Positions 35,330 through 36,985 of a stretch of 36,985 bases of DNA are shown here, in pieces (positions within the stretch are counted from its first letter, which is position 1; each line of letters begins with the position of its first letter). The position numbers and the translations under genes were made by a program. Under the pieces are notes generated by a model. It had not been told where the DNA came from. It did not search any database and worked only from the letters and a program-made list of their open reading frames with translations. The stretch comes from Hyphochytrium catenoides. Its lineage: Eukaryota; Protista; Hyphochytriomycota. The stretch is taken from positions 1 through 36,985 of the forward strand of contig FLMG01004170.1 in NCBI GenBank assembly GCA_900088475.1. The letters run 5' to 3'.

Positions 35330-35513
35330 GAAAGGAGAGAAGGCGGTACCTGAAGACAGAGTAAGGGATTGTCAGGGAGAAGTGTCTGAGCTTCATGACG
35401 GAGAGAGAGTAAGGCAGGTAGAGATAGGGCGAGATGAGACGCAGGCCCCAGTCTCCCAAGTCCAGATTCTCGATCGTAATATTGGCTGCTAGAGAGAGAG
35501 AGCGTAAGAGAGC

Positions 35514-35574
<61 letters not shown>

Positions 35575-36288
35575 GTGGGAAAGCGTTGTGCCAATATGAG
35601 GGGAGAGGGAACACTGAGTGGCCGCTCTACCAAAAAAAAGGTATGGGAGAGACAACAGCAAGGAAGTCATAGAAGGTTCGGGAAAGGCACAGACAAGAAC
35701 AGAGAGAAAGAAAACAAAAAAAGAGAGAGAGAGAGACAAACAGAAAGAGAGAGACAGAGACAAACACAGAGAGAGAGAGACAGCGATCGCTGTAGAGTGA
35801 CGGAGGACCCACCTCGCAGCAAGTTTCCTCTGATTTTCACCGGGCTCCGTAGCATAGTCGCAGGCAGAAGCCTGAGAAGACGGAAAAAACGGAGAGAAGG
35901 AGAGAACACATTGGACATAGAGAGAAAGTCAAACAAAGGTGCGAGGCGGGAGGAAGGGAGAGTGCTCAAGAAGGAGAGAGAGAGTGATAGAGAGAATGAA
36001 AGCGCGAGAGAAAGAGAAAGAGAGGGGGAAACAGATAGAGGAAGTAATAACAGGAAATGTTGGCACAGAGCAGGGAGCAGGAACTCATCAATGGTAAGTA
36101 GAGAAAGGCAGAGAGAGACATCGGCACAGAGAGAGAAAGAGAGAGAGAGACACGGGGTAAGAGAGAGAGAGAGAGAGACAGCACCTGGCCAGCAAGGAGA
36201 GAATGGGTCCCATGAGGAAGAGAAAGGAGCCAACACCGGCCAATCCTGTCACCAGCGCCGTCTGAGACAGCGCCCCCACCACCGTCAT
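18437..36288 (-). CDS. VPS13: VPS13-family bridge-like lipid transfer protein, about 3,400 aa, 36 exons: hydrophobic N-terminal extension, chorein-N, RBG rod with EF-hand pair, six VAB repeats, ATG2_C-like region, C-terminal C2 domain
   Basis: Seen: a GT-AG exon chain with consistent phases, in transcript order 36185-36288, 35813-35871, 35350-35488, 34947-35034, 34537-34638, 34178-34405, 33802-33903 (3' end uncertain, abuts the N gap), 33203-33511, 32972-33077 and 32436-32643 (this junction uncertain), 31957-32217, 31413-31811, 31018-31205, 30095-30868, 28923-29823, 28259-28709, 27916-28009, 27539-27636, 27241-27333, 26815-26937, 24590-26518, 24254-24436, 23842-24011, 23401-23735, 23101-23287, 22792-23000, 22493-22601, 22130-22293, 21709-21852, 21452-21589, 21112-21261, 20679-20905, 20205-20444, 19848-20063, 19323-19658, 18437-19132. 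The total is 10,260 nt including the stop. VPS13 hallmark motifs occur in the correct order: chorein-N (NITIENLDL, FSLTIPY..VEVHVEG, IIDNLSLLVKEISVR, GLAVYVD), YYN..MEPFIEPY, the VAB Asn motifs (VHNQTGY, QIRNAM, FIFENTLP, FWLFNKTNLP, PRYVLQNNT, PFRIDN), GVTVNIID..PRELL, EIDD..YPLV, VGSVELLGDPMG, EQPLQGMKQEGAKGAIKGTAKGL and RRPSR. Confidence 0.93.
18440..19585 (-). other. C2 domain at the VPS13 C-terminus, probably interrupted by a long acidic insertion
   Basis: KLEVVLWKAVAL...FKTRKIRSKSPEWNEAVTF...VMIKVYDE...VLLGQITKPLQEI matches the C2 strand pattern (KT......P.WNE.F.F, V.D, LG). The terminal KFHLQ..GEELESKIFVAFRY resembles the last two C2 strands. Confidence 0.8.
26190..26470 (-). other. 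Second, partly degenerate EF-hand pair inserted after the first VAB repeat motif
   Basis: LFREEDEDENGSLSVDQVRDLL has an EF loop with Q at position 12. It is followed by the helix EEVDRFLELA, an expanded acidic loop, and EIPFRHFVSAI, which resembles the exit of a second EF-hand. Confidence 0.7.
29735..30215 (-). other. Canonical EF-hand pair within the VPS13 rod, split by intron 29824-30094
   Basis: The spliced sequence reads FREIFEDIDKNETGSLTREEIKELL...EMVHEFFSVVDEDNSGDISLQEFLHFM. Both 12-residue loops (DKNETGSLTREE and DEDNSGDISLQE) have D1, N/D3, T/S5, G6, a hydrophobic residue at 8 and E12. Confidence 0.88.
33736..33798. other. Assembly gap (run of N) next to a TC microsatellite inside the VPS13 gene
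   Basis: Run of n characters. It makes the 3' boundary of exon 7 uncertain. Confidence 0.99.
35517..35572. repeat. (GA)n microsatellite; longest of many intronic GA/TC tracts between 24 and 37 kb
   Basis: Directly visible pure GA run. Others lie at about 24035, 26980, 30965, 31860, 32405, 33965, 34130, 34905, 35295 and 36965. Confidence 0.97.
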
Positions 36289-36433
36289 CTTTTCCTTTTT
36301 TCTGTCTCTCTCTCTCTCCTTTTCTTCTTCTAGTCTTTCCTACGGCTCCAGTGTTCTATCTATGGATGTCTCTTCTCTCTCTTTCTTCTCGGCCTCTCGT
36401 TCTCCCCCTTGCCGCCTGGAGTTCTTCCTCTTG

Positions 36434-36909
36434 TTATGATGTCGGAAGGATCTGCAAAAAGAGATTTGTCATCGGATTTTTCTTGTCAATGGTCTAATGC
36501 ACATACGGAGAGGTAGAGGGTAAGGGGAGAAAGAGAACGGGAGAGAAAGAGAAAGAGAGAGAAAGAGGGAGAGAGAAAAGATGAGACAGAATAAAGAGAG
36601 AGAGAGAAGAAGAGAAACATACCTTGAGCATCTCTGGCCTCTCCCTTCTTGGGCGGCACGTTTGCTGTACAATTACCACGCTTCCTTGATTCTCAGCAGC
36701 AGGAAGATCGTGTTCTGTTCGCCATCCTTGCCCTTCCCTTCTTTCCGTCGTTCCATTTCTCTCTTCTTCTCTCTCTCTTACTCTCTCTCTCTCTTCTCTG
36801 TCTGTCTCTCCTGGCCAGGTCACTCCTTCCAAAGATGGTGGTTCAAGAGGTGGAAATGGAAGATCCTCTCTTCTCTCCTCCACATGCAAGAAGCGAAAGA
36901 GGAGAGGAT
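36434..36909 (-). CDS. Last two exons of an unidentified upstream gene (36623-36909 and 36434-36451); 5' part lies outside the window
   Basis: Acceptor cttag, an open frame (DPLLFRFLHVEE...EMLK), a strong donor AAG|gtatgt, a CT-rich intron, then the acceptor tttgcag|ATC CTT CCG ACA TCA TAA. Confidence 0.6.
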
Positions 36910-36985
36910 CTAAGAGCCATCAGCGTACAACCACTGTCATGGATCACAAAGTGTCCCCAACTCTTTCTCTCTCTCTCTCTCTCTC

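Noticed and set aside
30827-36913. Many ORFs rich in SL or RE dipeptides (for example 35434-36333, 35008-35763, 34721-35275)
   Set aside because: They are stop-free translations of intronic (GA/TC)n tracts. Only the short embedded exons are coding.

Overview
Eukaryotic genomic DNA with GT-AG introns, (GA/TC)n microsatellites and one assembly gap. It is probably from a protist or alga; the style is reminiscent of chromerid alveolates, but that is only an inference. The window has two very different halves. The right half (about 16.6-37 kb) is gene-dense. It holds a 2-exon SGNH/GDSL-type hydrolase (+), the 3' end of an unknown upstream gene (-), and a complete VPS13-family lipid-transfer gene (-, 36288 to 18437). 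I reconstructed 36 exons by hand for the VPS13 gene, about 3,400 aa. Its architecture is unusual: a hydrophobic N-terminal extension that looks like a membrane anchor, a canonical EF-hand pair in the rod, a second degenerate EF-hand pair inside the VAB region, and a split C2 domain where VPS13 normally ends in a PH domain. The left half (1-16.6 kb) is a decayed island that lacks the long (GA)n tracts. It contains many fragments of one CRE-like (restriction-like endonuclease) non-LTR retrotransposon family, a pseudogenised Pro/Thr-stalk protein with four LamG-like domains, one intact intronless secreted subtilisin, a diverged tandem array of about 0.4-kb units, and patches with a strong TpA excess that suggests RIP-like CpA>TpA mutation. 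All calls come from reading motifs and splice phases by eye; no database searches were run.
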